From NCBI GenBank assembly GCA_964016885.1, contig OZ024742.1, positions 351,850,001 to 351,914,000 on the forward strand: DNA of 64,000 bases, given 5' to 3'. Position 1 is the stretch's first letter. The number at the start of each line of letters is the position of its first letter. This document shows, one piece after another, positions 1-15,934 of the stretch. Source of the stretch: Eledone cirrhosa (Eukaryota). Made by a program: the position numbers and the translations under genes. The notes beneath the pieces were generated by a model. The model had not been told where the DNA came from and did not search any database. It saw only the letters and a program-made list of their open reading frames with translations.

Positions 1-581
1 AACAAATAGCCATATAATAGCGAAATATGTTTATTTGTGTTCAAAGAATTTTCATTTAGTTTCCATTCTCATTTATTTCATTCACAGAAGAGTAACATGT
101 TTCTATATAACATTCTTTGTTTCATCATCTGCATATTACGAAAGGCGTGAAACATGATTGCATTTTCCTTCCTAAATGTTCATGCCTCATTTATATTTCT
201 TACGTCAATTTCTCAAGTATATTGGTGGCTATGAATTAACACTGTTTAATGACATTTCTGTTATAATTCACAACAGAGCTTGTAACGTAAGAGATATGAT
301 GAAGCATATGTTTAAATGTTAAGCAATTAAATGGCATGATACGCTGTTGATATTGAGCATATTAGATAAAGAATAATATAATGCGTTCCTGGCATGTTAC
401 TGAGGAGCCACAACGACAATAAATTGCAGTTGAATTGGTTTGCTGAATGTATGAAATGAGTTTCAAGTGCATAGTTTGGACATTTATGAAATATTCTAAG
501 ACTTGTCACAAAGTAGACGCTTGCATTAATAATGGAGCAACGTTAATAATCTCAGGTGGGTTACCTCACACACACCCACGA

Positions 582-615
<34 letters not shown>

Positions 616-1069
616 ATGCACACACATACACACACATACACATACACACACAAACACACGCACACACACACACACTATCACACACACAGACACACATATA
701 TATATGTATATTGTCCCCGTCGCAATTCCCTCACAGCATAGTTCCTAGAGTTATGAGAGCGTGTCTTTATTGTCACGATATCTACTAGTAATCTGAAGTA
801 AACCCTGTCAAATAATACTCCTAAAATCAGATGACGTATATCTCACACTCATATAAGGTTCGGGACTTTTATAGTAAAGCCTCCTTGTATTTTGGGCGTA
901 TTTAGTCAGGATTTCATTTACATATTTGTAACATGTAGTCAACATTTAAAACACATTTGAACATATATACAAACTCAGACACATAAACACACTGACAAAG
1001 ACACATACACACACATGCACACATATACACACACCACTCTTACACACGCACATACACACACTCTTAGAC

Positions 1070-1177
<108 letters not shown>

Positions 1178-1767
1178 AGAAATGGAAAAAGATGAGTATT
1201 GACGTACATGCACGTCTATACTCATCTTTTTCCATTTCTCCGGGAGTTCTTAACCCCACTAACAGGGTAAATAATTTCTTTAACTTCTTTACTGGAAATA
1301 CTGCGATAGATTACATTTCTAATAATTTCAAAACCCCCTCGCAGTTTCGAAAAAAAAAAAAAATATATATATATAATAATAATAATAATAATAGTAAGTA
1401 AACTCAAAGTTGCAGCTGCGATTAAAGATTTTGTTGCCTATATTAAATTATCTCAGCAAATCGACGACCACAAGGATTTTCATGTGTGTATCTTCAGTTG
1501 TCGGGCTATTAGAGACCAGAAATAATAAAATAAACACACTAGCGTATAACCTGTGTGAGATTTGTTGATTATTTATCATCTCAAGTGGAGAAGGCGGCTG
1601 TCAATGCACAGTTTGTACTATTCAGGATTATATTTGAATACATAAAATACCTGTTTTCTGGGAAATATTCAGTTTTGTCCTATGTGGAAGGGCTAGTTTC
1701 AGTATATTTGTCAATTTTATCGCGATCATAGAATTGAGATTGATTGGAAAAACCTATTCCATGAACG

Positions 1768-1957
1768 ATAATTGTTTCTACTTTCGGCACAAGGCCAGCA
1801 ATTATTCCAGTGTATTACTGGTACTTTATTTTGTCGAACCCGTAATGAAAGGCAAAGTTAACCTCGGCGGGATTTGATCTCAGAATTCTAAATGGCTATA
1901 ACTCTTTGCTGCAAAGCATTGCGTCCGAGCCTCTACCGATACTGCCAATCCATCTCC
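1768..1957 (-). mobile_element. tRNA-derived SINE (main family)
   Basis: Reverse complement of the consensus: A-box TGGCAGTATCGG, B-box GAGTTCAAATCCC-like, core GCCTTTCATCCTTACGGGGTCGATAAAATAAAGTACCAG, tail GTAGAAACAATTAT. Confidence 0.9.
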
Positions 1958-4721
1958 CTTGCCAATATATTGGTCTTCCGTCGGGTAGCAGCATACATTT
2001 CCATGAGTATTAATGTATATTGTTGAACAAGAAAAACATTCTCTTAGGTACTTTACCTTCTTGACTATTTATCAGATCAGCTGAAGAAACTCACTAAAGC
2101 ACAGCTTTGCAACATCTGCATGCATATAATTAGGTTATATATAATGTTTAACGTGTTAGATTTATTGTTAGATATTGTTCATAATTTCAACATAGATATT
2201 ACTTGAATGATGAATTCTTTATTGCAACTACTACTAAAATAACCAGAATTGAATTGCTACATGTGGTTAAATATTTCCAACCACTATTTTATGAGAAATA
2301 AGTTTGTGTGGGAAGGATTTTCATTTCAGTTTAACATCGTCTGATTTTCTAAAAACAAAGTGATGGCAACATAAAAAATGCGCCCATTCCACACTGTAAA
2401 GTGATTGAGAAGGTGACACTACACAAAAGCACCCCATATTTATTGTAAATGTGGTTGGCGTTAGGAAGATCATCCAGTCGTAAAAAAAGAAGCCAGAATC
2501 AGTTCTGTATGAGCAAGATGTGGTCATATGATGTGTATATGTGTATATTGATTCAATGTCGTATAGACAGTAAATTACAAGGAAATGTGTTAATAATTTG
2601 AAATTAGTTACAAATATCTTAATTTAGTAGAAAAATTTATATGAAACGTATTACACCATGGACAGATTGTTGAATTAGAGAATTTCGTTTACATATATTA
2701 CTATTGAACTAGGAATCAATATGCTAGGACGGTTCTATCATTGTACAAACATAGCCAGGGCAACGAAATATTTTTTCAGCAATTCTTTTTAACACCGCCT
2801 ATTCTTTTGCATCTGCTTACATGCAGCAGAACCTCTATACATTTTTCTTTGTTAGTTTGAACAATCAATGTCGGTATCCCAAGAATATCTCGCAAATATG
2901 CAATTTTCCAATGATGATATTGTAAATTATCATAGCTCCAGTTAGATCAATAGATTAGCTTGATTATGTTACATAATACTTTTGCCCTCTTTATGATAAA
3001 CATATTCTAATAAATGTGGATTAATGTTCAATAGAAACGTGAAAGTATCACGTGACGTTAATGCGCTTATTGGACTCACTACATAGGCTTGCGGACATAT
3101 TTCTGTTGCAGTGATATCTAGCGTAGATTAACTAAACTAAATGATAAAAGTATAATCGATCTATCACTGATGACCAACACATTTTTCTGAAGTATTTATA
3201 TTCAAAATCGTCGTATCATTGATCTCGTAATTCAATATTTTAATAGGAAATTTTTGAAAATGATGCAAATAATATTTTAACATCCTACTAAGGCTTAACA
3301 TTCGCATGTCTAAAGACAATGTCCAATTCAAAAGGGAAGGGCACAGTATACCCCATAGATATTTATTATTGAATAGTGCACCGAAGACGAAACCATAATG
3401 TGAAACAAATAATGTTATAACACACGTGTATGCTAGCATATGTGTGTATTCAGAACACAAATATAAATATCAGTTAGGGAAAAACACAGATTTCTAATAG
3501 ATTAATAGTAGCACAATTCCGTTTGGACGATAATATGTCTGAAAACGCTGTCTTTCTTCATAAAACTTGTTTAACTTTACCATATTTCAGTTAACTTTAG
3601 GTTTTACTGGTTGACCTCATTAAGTCACGATTTATTATAGATATTCTGGAGGCAAATATGTCATCATTTAATCCCACAAGCTTCCGCAGTAAGTAATGAA
3701 AGCCTAGAGCGAGATTAACTGTTCAATTCTCACAATGATATGTGGCAGACTAAATCAAACAAAAAACAGAACAAAACAATTCTTATTATTTGTTCCCTAT
3801 ATATTTAGTCATGCAAACAACATTTTAGTAAGTTCGCCTTTTTTTCTGTTTAGCTTGAAGATAAATTATTTATTGCTTCTAGCAATGTAAGATTGCAATC
3901 TATGATGAACATAGCACGAGTTATATCATGATAAAAGTGATAGGTTAGCATGTTCAAATTGCAGAAGTCACTGAAAAAACATCTGAAAATTACAAGTTCG
4001 ACAACTATATAGGTGCGTGTGTTTTTATTATAATATGGTAGTGGGTTAAATATATAGAATACAAAATCAACTCCCCTCGTAACTCATATTAAAAGCAACC
4101 TAAAACTTGAACTAACAATTTATTTATTTATTTATTTATTTACATAAAACACAAAATCAACGTCCCTCGTAACTCATATTATGAACAACTAATAATCGCA
4201 AATTATCTTTGTAATATAAATACATAAGCTATTATTAAAATATATATAGCTATTTATATATTTAACCCACTGCAATATTATAAGATAAATACTTACTTAA
4301 TTCTCCATATAAATTTATCCATAAAATTTATTTCCCCCAAATTAACGTATATAAGTGGTCTTCTTCTATTTTTCCCTCTTCCTTCTCCTTCTTCGTTTTC
4401 CTTTTTCTTTTTTCTTTCTCTCTGACTAATATATCAAAACTTTACATAGCGTTTAAATTAACGGTTTTTCAATCATATAACTCAACCTTATTTACATATA
4501 CATTTGCATAATCATCCATAAGTTTGAAAAATCCGTTCTATAATCTCACTACCCAAGGAATATTCAACTGATAAGATACATTTTCCTTGGCTATGTCAAA
4601 ATTTATAAAACACTCTTTGTATTTTATCTGATTAAAGCGTACCAAAGTTTTTGGTACCCTTGAAATATATATAAGAGAATAAATATGGTTTTATAAATAT
4701 AGTTTCCATTTATTTAATATC

Positions 4722-4779
<58 letters not shown>

Positions 4780-4781
<2 letters not shown>

Positions 4782-4983
4782 AGAAAGTATGACCCCGACG
4801 GCAGAGCTCAAGCCGTTTCGACAGCTATTTCTGGACTAAAGTGTCCAGAAATAGCCGTCGAAAAGGCTTCAGCTCTGCCGTCGGGGTCATACTTTCTCTT
4901 ATTACTGACTCAACTACTCTAAGTATTGAGTACTCTGGTGCGTTATGGTCCAACTGGTTCCTTACCACAACTCTTCCGTTATA
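4780..4983 (+). mobile_element. (TA)n-inserted hairpin element, family A (3' half of a hammerhead plus a conserved tail)
   Basis: Palindrome 4780-4899 plus tail. Family consensus GAAA-CGGC...GCCG-TC-GGGG. Other copies: 6674-6836, 8349-8542, 29731-29928 (minus), fragment 53745-53790. Confidence 0.8.
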
Positions 4984-4985
4984 AG

Positions 4986-5016
<31 letters not shown>

Positions 5017-5029
5017 CAAAAGGAAAATA

Positions 5030-5321
5030 TATAGAGAGAAAGTGAAAAAGGACCATATATGTAAGAGAGTACATATTGTATATATACAAAGCACATATTT
5101 ATAAGACACATATGTACTTAGAGGAAAACAACAAAATTGCCTCTAGCGCTGCTATTTCATTTTTTTGTAAACCGCAACCACTTGGGTATATGTTTCTTTC
5201 TCTCTTTATATATATATTATATACATATATCTGTTACTTTTGAATAATTTTAGCTGTGGACAAATTCTAATCAACTTTTCTATTGAGAACCACAAAAATT
5301 GAAAGTGTTTATGTTTTGATA

Positions 5322-5358
<37 letters not shown>

Positions 5359-5700
5359 GTCCTGGTTATCGAGTTGAGCTCTGCTGATGATGAATTCCAA
5401 ATGTGACCATCTCCACTGAGAGTTTTCATGAAATAGTCTTTAAGACTATACAGAGCATTTGAAGTTTTTCCAAATTGAAGGATAAGTATTTTAAACTTTA
5501 TTTTATCATGAGTTAAGGCTCTATTGATTTTTCCCTGGATTTCACTAAATTCTGTGGATGAATTTATATCCTGATTCTCTTTGAGATGAGTTTGAATTAT
5601 TTTTCCCACATCTTACGTTAACTATTTTTCCCATGTTGACGCTATAGTCACTTGTATATTGTGAAATGCTGTTCGCTTTTCGCTGCAGTGTTTTCTATAC
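5030..5700 (-). mobile_element. Old L1-like ORF2 C-terminal relic, interrupted by (TA)n and a hammerhead element
   Basis: Minus-strand fragments RESGYKFIHRI, WFSIEKLI and PKWLR...EIAALE resemble the L1 C-terminal region; many stops. Confidence 0.4.
5378..5456 (+). ncRNA. Type I hammerhead ribozyme
   Basis: Stem I GCTCTG/CAGAGC; CTGATGA 5384-5390; stem II TGAA/TTCA with a long loop; GAAA 5430-5433; stem III ATAGTCT/AGACTAT; cleavage triplet AUA. Confidence 0.8.
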
Positions 5701-6377
5701 CTTTCATTTATATATATAAATATATATATATATGTGTGTGTGTGTGTGTTTGTGTGTGTGTCTATGTGTGTGTGTGTCTGTGTTTATGTGTATTTGTGTG
5801 TGTGTATGTCTGTGTGAATTTTTAAAAGACATCTTTGAATATCACATTATTGTTTGCTCTCTGACGCCTCCTAGTATAGGAATGGCTGTCTGCCAGTAGA
5901 TTCACACAACATTGCTTGTTGGCAGCATTTGCCGTTGTGAAAACTGATCAGAAGAATAGGTCAGTGATCTATACTTGATATTACGTATACAAGATACAGT
6001 GAATTTCCATTCCAATAATCAATTAATTAAACACTGCCGCCTATCAAAAAGGAAGTTCTGGTACATCTAAATGTTGTCCTTTGAATATACAGAAAATTCC
6101 ATTTTTTGTTCAATCAATATTGTTATTACTTTTGTCTCCGAACACAGATTATTAATGCACGTGTGCAAGTATTCACAGTTGATCTGTATATATCACTTGC
6201 ATATGTTTGAAAAATCAGGTTAATACTTTCATGTAGAAAGTAAATAAAATGGAACTAAATATGTTAATGTATATATCTTGCAGCTGTCGACATTACATTC
6301 CTTTACATTCACTCTTACATATTTCCATATATTTCTGAAACAACAATATATATATATATATGTATATATATACATAC

Positions 6378-6471
<94 letters not shown>

Positions 6472-6831
6472 CATAAAAGGCTTCTACAGGACTAGAACTG
6501 TTTCATTCAGGAGAAATCATCTGGTTTTTCCTTATGATTTCTCCCGAATGAAAGAGTTCTACTCCTGTAGAAGCCTTTATATATTGAATATGTGTACTCT
6601 GCTTTGTATTGAGTACCTTACTTACTGTGGATAACCACCATTGAACCCAGATGAACATTATATATATATATATAGGTAAACGTTTAACCCCTACGGCAGA
6701 CCTCAAACCGTTTCGACGGGTTGAGCTCTGCCGTCGGGGTTAAACTTTTTCCTATTACCCACTCTACTGCCCTAGGTATTGAGTACTCTGGTGCGTTATG
6801 GTCCATCTGATTCTTTATCACACCTCCTTTG

Positions 6832-6886
<55 letters not shown>

Positions 6887-6887
6887 T

Positions 6888-7871
<984 letters not shown>

Positions 7872-7907
7872 GAATGTATATATATATATATATATTTAAT
7901 ATATATA

Positions 7908-8091
7908 TGAGATTCTACAGGACTAGAACTGTTTCATTCTTTAGAAATCATGAATAATTCTGATGATTTCTAAAGAATGAAACAGGTCTAGTCCTGTAGA
8001 ATCTCATCTGTATTAATACATTTATACTCTGCTATGTATTGAGTACCTTACTTACTGTGGTTACCTCCGATTCAACCCGGAATAACTTACC
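7908..8091 (+). mobile_element. (TA)n-inserted hairpin element, family B, with a hammerhead core
   Basis: Palindrome 7908-8006; CTGATGA TTTC-TAAA-GAAT GAAA CAG...CTG TA GAA; second copy at ~6478-6660. Confidence 0.75.
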
Positions 8092-8211
8092 TATATATAT
8101 ATATATAAATATTTGCTCTACGGTTCTTATATATTTGATATATATTTATCCTTATCGAGCTCTCTTTGGATTTTAGTCTTCACATTTATTATTATTACTA
8201 TATAATATGCT

Positions 8212-8333
8212 ATTCTGAGTTCAAATCCCGCCGAGGTTAACTTTGCCTTTCATCCTTACGGGGTCGATAAAATAAAGTACCAGTAATACACTGGCTAATT
8301 GCTGGCCTTGTACCTAACGTAAAAACAATTATT
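8212..8333 (+). mobile_element. tRNA-derived SINE, 5'-truncated
   Basis: B-box, core and tail match 14502-14692. Confidence 0.88.
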
Positions 8334-8539
8334 ACTATATATATATATAGGAACAAGTAAGACCCCGACGGCTGAACTCAAGCCGTTTCGACGGCTAATT
8401 CAGTACAGAATTAGCCGTCGAAACGGCTTGAGCTCAGCCGTCGGGGTCTTACTTGTTCCTATTGCCCACTCTACTACCCTAAGTATTGAGTACTTTGGTG
8501 CGTTATGGTCCACCTGGTTCCTTACCACATTTCCTTCGT

Positions 8540-8627
<88 letters not shown>

Positions 8628-9245
8628 TGCGTCTGTGTGTGTGCGTGTGTATGTCCTGTAGTACAAGCACAGAGGTATTTTGCCATAAGCGAAAACTAGA
8701 AATTTCTTGTCTTTACAGACATATACATGTGTTTATAGCTAAACCACATTTGACTTTAAAATCACACCAACATCATTATACTCAGTGGAAACCGACTATT
8801 AGTATCGATGTTAAATGAAATATCTGTAACACAACGTGCCAGTATCACGACGACACAACGTTTGAAATTGATTGATTTTGATGCCTACTTCAGACGCCTG
8901 CAATAGAACCCAAATTTATGAATTCGTGTGAATTACTTATCACTAAGGAAAAAGAAAACCTGTTGAACCGTACGCCTTTAAATAGATATCATTGGCCAGG
9001 TGATTTCAAAAGAGGATTTTAAATTCAGGAAGAGGTTGTGGAAGAGTGAGAGAGAGAGGGAGAGAGGGAGAGAGAGATAGAGAGAGAGTGTGTGTGTGAG
9101 AGAGACAGAGAGGGGGAACATAATTGGACTCAGTACATTTTAATTGCAGTTTGTTTATTGATCACTCAATTCCCAAACCCCTAGGATTAAAAGTGATAGC
9201 ACAGAGGGCCCAGAGAAAATAGTTCGAGGCATTATATTCATTGTT

Positions 9246-9553
9246 CTACTACCACTATGAATTCTACTACAACTACTGCTGCTGCTGATACTGTTGCTAC
9301 TGCTACTACTACTACTACTACTACTAGTACTACTCCTACTACTGATACTACTACTACTACTACTCCTACTACTTCTACTTCTACTACTACTGCTACTACT
9401 ACTACTGCTGCTATTTTGCTACCACTACTTCTACTACTACTACTACTACAACTACTACTACTACCGATACTACTACTACTGCTACTACTACTACTATTAT
9501 TACTACTAATATTACTACTACTACGCCTACTACTACTACCACTGCTCTAATAT

Positions 9554-9604
<51 letters not shown>

Positions 9605-9787
9605 CACTACTATTACTACTACTACTACTGCTGCTACTGCTGCTACTGCTGCTACTACTGCTGTTTCTGCTGCTTTTGCTGCTATTACTACTAGTGATGC
9701 TGCTGCTGCTACTACTGCTGCTGCTGCTGCTTTTGCTGCTACTACTACTACTGCTGCTGCTGCGACTACTACTACTACTAGTAGTAT

Positions 9788-9826
<39 letters not shown>

Positions 9827-9827
9827 C
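9246..9827. repeat. Compound (CTA)n/(CTG)n trinucleotide microsatellite
   Basis: Directly visible. Confidence 0.97.
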
Positions 9828-10049
9828 TGCTCCAACATCACAATCACACATCGCGTTCTGTTTGCTGTGATACGACATACTTAGAGTTATTGTTAATTTG
9901 TGTAAAAACGTTAGAACACACGGGTGGAGTTTAGTAGAAAGTTAATCTCTAGTCATTAATACATGCTCAATACTAGGCACACCAGAATGCGATTGATATT
10001 ATATATAATATACCTTGTATCTAGCTATCTCTACATTTTTGTTGGTTGT

Positions 10050-10934
10050 ATTTTGTCTTTCATTTAATGGGACGTATTTATAGTATTAATAATAATGAAA
10101 TTATTGTGTACAGTGCTAAGGTGCACTACATCTCATAAAAGGTGCATGTATAGTACATAGAATAATGTAGAAATGTCACCAAAATGAACAGTCATGATAT
10201 AAATGTGTGAGTGCGTGCGGATGGGGTACATCAGTTGCATGTTGTCGAATTTCAGGAAGCATGGAGGTTTTAAAGGATGTAGTATATCGACAGCTAACAA
10301 CTGATGCAGGTAGTTTGTTCCATGCTTCAGAAACTCTGAGCGTGAAGAAATGTTTCCGAACGTAATGGGAGCTGTGCTCTTTTCTGACTTGTGTAGGCAT
10401 GCCCATGTGTGTTAGACACATGGAATTCAAAAAGGTGCTCTGGGTTGTTGTTGACAAGATGGTTAATCATTTTGTGGGTGTTTACCAAGTCAGTTGTCAG
10501 AAGCCGGAGCTACAATGTTTCCAGGCCCAGGGAAGCAAGTGATGGAGGGTATTCGGTTGGCTGCAGGTTTCTGAACAGTTTCCAGGCGGTCAATGTTCTG
10601 AGCAAGATAGGCGTTCCAGACTGGTGATGCAAATTATAAGATGGCCACACCATAGTTATATACAGGTTTAAATAGATAGCTCTAGAGTGGCTGACAAATG
10701 TCTTGCTGAGTGATGCCAAGACATCCTCAGCCTTCTTCACAATTTTAGAAACGTGCTTTGTCCAACGCATATCACGGCTGACAATAATGCTCAGGTCATG
10801 TTTACAAGAAAACTTCTTTATATTAGTGGTGTGGAGGGAGTATGTGTACGCTGCGTTTTTCCTCCCAAAATGCATGGTGGTACACTTGTCCAGAGCCAGC
10901 TTGAGTTGTTAGTCCGTGATCCATTGCTGCATTA
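10050..10934 (-). mobile_element. CR1/L2-like LINE 3' fragment, degenerate
   Basis: Frameshifted peptides MHFGRKN...DLSIIVS...HVSKIVKKA...LYITMV and HFFTLRVSEAWNKLPASVV are typical of CR1-group RT C-termini. The 3' boundary is approximate. Confidence 0.8.
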
Positions 10935-12585
10935 TATAAACATGATTAAACATAAATCTAAACAACAAAATTAAATATATTTTGTTATTATTTTGAAGTT
11001 CTACTTTCATTATGTATTGTTTTTTAATGTTTCATGTTTTCATCTTACATCTGATTATTAACATTCGTATAGATAACAATGGTCGATGAGTTGTAAGATC
11101 CATTACATCATTAACTGTTTTACTATTCGTTGTGACATGAAATATTTACACGTTCTTAAAATATTTTTTACCGAAAACGATTCAATAATTGTACCTCTAT
11201 TCAACAAAGAGAACATAATTAATTGTGTGTGTGTTTCCCCCAAAATTACCAAATAAGTTATTACATTTATGTTTTCCTTTACTTCTGTTATATTAGCTGA
11301 CACATGGTTATCTATACAAATAGCCCAAATACTAATTACACCAAGCTACACAATACACGTTGTATAAAGGAAAATTATAAACAGTATTCATTCAATTATA
11401 ATTAAGGTATGTTCAAAGTTAACTGCTTTATATACTATTCTGTGCAATATAAAATGCTAACTAACAAACCATTGTAACATAATTCTCATAGGATATTTGG
11501 AAGAAAGTAGACGTCTGAAGGCGAGGTTATTTACGTATGGCTGATGGTGAGGTTGCAAGCGATCGCTTTGTCAGTAACGTTGAATTAAAGCTACGATATT
11601 TCTGTAAATCCTATTGGTTTCCAAACAATGATATTTATAAAACACTCTCTTACATAGAAAGTATCGATTCTTTCTATTGTAGTTTGCGCTTGATAGGTTT
11701 CAATCTAAACGTGTTAAAGGATTAGATAATATATAGCTATGAGATGTATGCCATCTTAAGATCATTAGAAAAGTAGGTGAATTAGCAATAACCGCGTGAT
11801 CTAAGAATGACCGTAATGTTGTCTCAAATTTAGAATACATTTATGTCACAGAAATCCATCAAAATAGAGCATTTATTTGAATTGAATAGGCAAATAAGCA
11901 TGTTTGATTGATCAATATAGCATAGAGAAAGAGGAGACAAATTTGTATTTCTATAAACAGGAATAAAGATATTCACCCTCAAATAATTAGTCATTATTCC
12001 CTTACCAGTTATTATTGTAGTAATTGCAGTATAGATGTGTATAAAACCATCTAAGACGTTGATATTGAAATACGTGTTAAAAATGGATGAAGGTAGGAAT
12101 ATATACTGAGTCTTTGTTAAAATATATTCTTTTACTATGAAGTAATCCCCGTGAATTTTTGATTGAGCAAGGTCCATTTCACTTTTTTTCTATAATTACT
12201 TCTCTGGATTTCCACAACTTCTCCGAATTGATAGATCACAGCTCCACTAATGTGACCAGGAGCTTAGAATGCCACAGGAATTAATGGTTGGACAGATTTT
12301 ACGAGTAAAACCCAAGGGCAGGAGACCTAGAAGTAGACTCCTAGCAAGATAGATGGGTAACATGACTTCACTGGTTAATCAAATATTACGAAATCATGTT
12401 ATTTAAAATTCCAATGCAACGATAAATATACAAGTGTAAACACGTACACATTCCCGTTTACAGAAGAACACAAACAGCCCGGATAGCTTGACATATCTAC
12501 ACTGATATTCTTTCGAAAAATCAACGCCTTTGTACGTTAGCATGAACATTCATACAACCAAATGGTAGGTAGTATTCTCATGCAT

Positions 12586-12630
<45 letters not shown>

Positions 12631-12657
12631 GAAGACCATCACAAACACACTCACACA

Positions 12658-12705
<48 letters not shown>

Positions 12706-13010
12706 AAGACCATCACAACCACACTCACACACGCATATATATATATATATTTTGTTTTAATTCTTCCATTTTCTGCTTTAAATTAACCCTCACCTTCACA
12801 ACACATATGTTCTGTTTATAGTTAAATGTCAGAGTTCTGCCTGCAGTCAAACGTTTCCTACACGAAGAAAGTTTAGTTTTGTAACTTGTTTTTATTAGAA
12901 ACTACTTGTCTAGTATATAATTATTTTTATTAGACATCAATTAGACATAAAACTATCAAATGAACTATATTTTATTTTACGAAAAATGCTTTGTTTACGT
13001 TTATTTTCTT

Positions 13011-13352
13011 ATTGGCTATATCGGTAGAGGGTCTGACGCCATGCTTTGCAGCAAAGAGTTACTGCCCTTTATGGTCTGAGTTCTAATCCCGCTGAGGTTA
13101 ACTTTGTCTTTCATCCTTACAGGGTCGATTAAATAAAGTACCAGTAATGCACTGGGATAATTGCTGGCCTTGTGCCAAATATAGAAACAATTATATCATT
13201 CTGGACATATATTCCTTTCGAAATGTTTCAGACAATTTGGTTAAATGAAATAATTGTTTCTACTTGAGGCACAAGCCCAGCAATTACCCAGTGCATTACT
13301 GGTACTTTATTTTATCAACGCCGAAAGGATGAAAGGCAAAGTTAACCTCGGC
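13011..13352. mobile_element. Inverted pair of SINEs (13011-13193 plus; 13251-13352 minus, partial)
   Basis: Both match the family consensus; tail-to-tail about 57 bp apart. Confidence 0.88.
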
Positions 13353-14501
13353 CGTTAAATGAAATAATATTAATTTAAAGTAAATTTAGTTATAGCCCTG
13401 TATTTGGTATCGTTGCTAGATTATTTCATACAACAAATTCCTTTCTTTATAAACAAATATATGCCTGTTACTTGACCAAAACGTTCCACACTTTCAGCGC
13501 AACGTTTGCACCAGCCAAGGACATATTTGCACGGAAGATTTTAATTGATCTTCACTCTTCCCTAACCTGATGTCATCCGTAAATACACATGGATCGATGT
13601 TCTATTAACTGTAGTTTCTTTATTATCTAGTTCTTTCTTTTTGTTATAACAATGTTATGATGACATTCATAACAAACAAATCGAAAACGCACTCAATCCT
13701 TTGACTCTTGTATTTATTGATGTTGATACTTCCCAAACATTTGCAGAAATATCTCAGTTCATTTATCCTTCTACTAACATCATTTTCATGAGCTAGTAAT
13801 TTCTATTTTGTGTTCTACTCTCAAACCGACTAAAAAAATATTGGTTCTAATATTGCAATTGAAATCAGTTTCACGCCACGTTAAAATATACGGGATAATA
13901 ATATATTTATGAAAGAAGTAGTACTTAAACGCTTTTCTCTTTTTATATAAAATAACATTAATACTTAATGGATGGTCCCACTTATTTCCATATACCACAC
14001 ATTCAGGATGACATAACTCACGTATTAGTAATATGTTGATGTTTATATTTTTGCCATTCTTCATATGTATTGATTAGTTTATTGGTGTATTTGTTTACCA
14101 GAAATTGATTTATACATTTTCAATATGAGAATTAACAAATTGTCTAGGAAATTGATTTCAAAAAGAAATTAGAAATCATTTTCTCCAAAGAATTTCAATC
14201 AATTAACGAAATAATTCACATTGGATTGACTTTTGATTTTCAATCTTAGCAAATATATACAGGCTGAGTGAATAAATACATACCGTCCAGTTTTACGTTT
14301 AAAGATTTCGTTAGAATGCTGAATAACTTGATATAATCTTTAAAAGAAACACAAATTACGATACGTGATTTATTTTCATTTATTTGAGTTTGAGAAATTT
14401 GCATGTGATTATTATATATATATTTTTTTGAATTAGGCACATCCTTCCGATAGCGTAATAGAATAATATTGATTATTATGAGAACAAATGATCCAATATT
14501 A

Positions 14502-14692
14502 GGCGGTGGATTGGCAGTATCGGTAGAGGGTCGGACGCCATGCTTTGCAGGTAAGAGTTACGGCCCTTTATGGTCTGAGTTCAAATCCCGCCGAGGTTAA
14601 CTTTGCCTTTCATCCTTACGGGGTCGTTAAAATAAAATACCGGTAATGCACTGGGTAATTGCTGACCTTGTGCCAAATGTAGAAACAATTAT
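14502..14692 (+). mobile_element. tRNA-derived SINE, full length (reference copy)
   Basis: GGCGGTGGATTGGCAGTATCGGTAGAG...GAGTTCAAATCCCGCCGAGG...GTAGAAACAATTAT; Pol III A/B boxes present. Confidence 0.92.
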
Positions 14693-14927
14693 ATTTTGCA
14701 TTAAAGTATAAAGTTCCCTTAACTGGAAATCCTTTCCAAATTCTGTAGATGCGTAAAAATAAGATGTCTCGCAGGAATTACATTTCAAACTGCTTATTCA
14801 AGGATGTACTCCAGCTAGTTAATGCATAGAGTCAGGACTTGAAACGGAAGGTGTGCAGTTATTATATTTATCAAACGTGACGAGATTTTGTTTTATATAT
14901 ATCAAACGGAAATACAGTTATTATATA

Positions 14928-15934
14928 CAAGAGCAACAGTACCCAGCGTTGTCTGGGTAGGTAAAATAATATCTGCTTTGATGAAAAGGCGTTGATCTTA
15001 GCGACTGTGCGTTTCTTGAAAATCGGTCGTAAGGTGTAGCAAATGGCGAAATGTTGAGTCAAATCGTATGGAATATGTGGGAGGTGAAAAAAATCGAATT
15101 TTGAAGAGTTAAACGGGTGCCACGCCGTCCCTGAACAAATAATCCAACGTGTAAAGCTACTATAAGATGTGCAATGATAGGTTCTATCGTAGTATAAACG
15201 TTGAACTAAATAAAATGATTTATGTTTGAGGGGGAACCGAAGTTTCGAATTTGAACGAAATCGTTTGAAAAATGTGGGAGCTAATGACAGGTCGCCGTCC
15301 CTGAACAAAAAATGCGAAGTGTAAAGCTACTATAAGATGTCCAATGAGAGGTTCTATCGTAGTATAAAAGTTGAACCAAATAAATTGATTTATGTGTGAG
15401 GTGGAGCCGAAGTTTCGAATTTGAAGGAAATCTGTTGACAAATTTGGGAGCTAGAGCCCAAAAGGCGGAAATAATCAGATCTAGCGTAGTATAACATTTG
15501 AACAAAGTAGGTTGATTAATGTGGGAGCTAGAGACGAAAAAGTGGAAGTTTGAGTCTAAAAGTGGTATTTTTGAATATTTAAGCGGCTGCCACGCCGTCC
15601 CTGAACAACAAATGCAATATATAAAGGATGTGCAATGTTAAATTCTATTATGCTTTAAAATTTGAACGAAATCGGTGGCAAAATGAGGGAGCTGGAGCCA
15701 AACATTTTTTTTTTGATACCTAAAAAAAGGTGCCCCCTCCCCTCCCACCCTATCGATTTTTCTCTGCAAATGACTCCAGAATAAAAAAAACGATACGCTT
15801 ATATATAGAAAACACACCCCGATCTATGAGCCTGTAAAGTTTCATTAAAATCGGTCGTAAGATCTAGGCCCCTATAAGTAGTAAACAGACACTCTGACAC
15901 ACACACCACATACTTACTTTTATATATTTACCGA
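14928..15934 (-). mobile_element. Non-autonomous Helitron inserted in a 28-bp minisatellite
   Basis: Minus strand: 5' TC...ATATATAAAAG start, 3' hairpin TACCCAGACAACGCTGGGTA then CTTG|T. Internal repeats (CGCCGTCCCTGAACAA at ~15123, 15294, 15593). Minisatellite units continue on both sides. Confidence 0.7.

Noticed and set aside
4908-4935. Conserved 3' stem-loop as a SECIS element
   Set aside because: Lacks the RUGA/GA quartet and apical AA arrangement.
9257-9878. Poly-Thr/Ser/Leu/Val ORFs resembling mucin or membrane proteins
   Set aside because: Pure (CTA)/(CTG) trinucleotide repeat, open in several frames on both strands.
12628-12734. Duplicated CACGAAGACCATCACAA block between TA tracts as a mobile element
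   Set aside because: Best explained as local slippage duplication of a compound microsatellite; no other copies or structure in the window.
14502-14600. tRNA gene
   Set aside because: A/B boxes are present but too widely spaced for a cloverleaf and continue into the SINE body; many dispersed copies.
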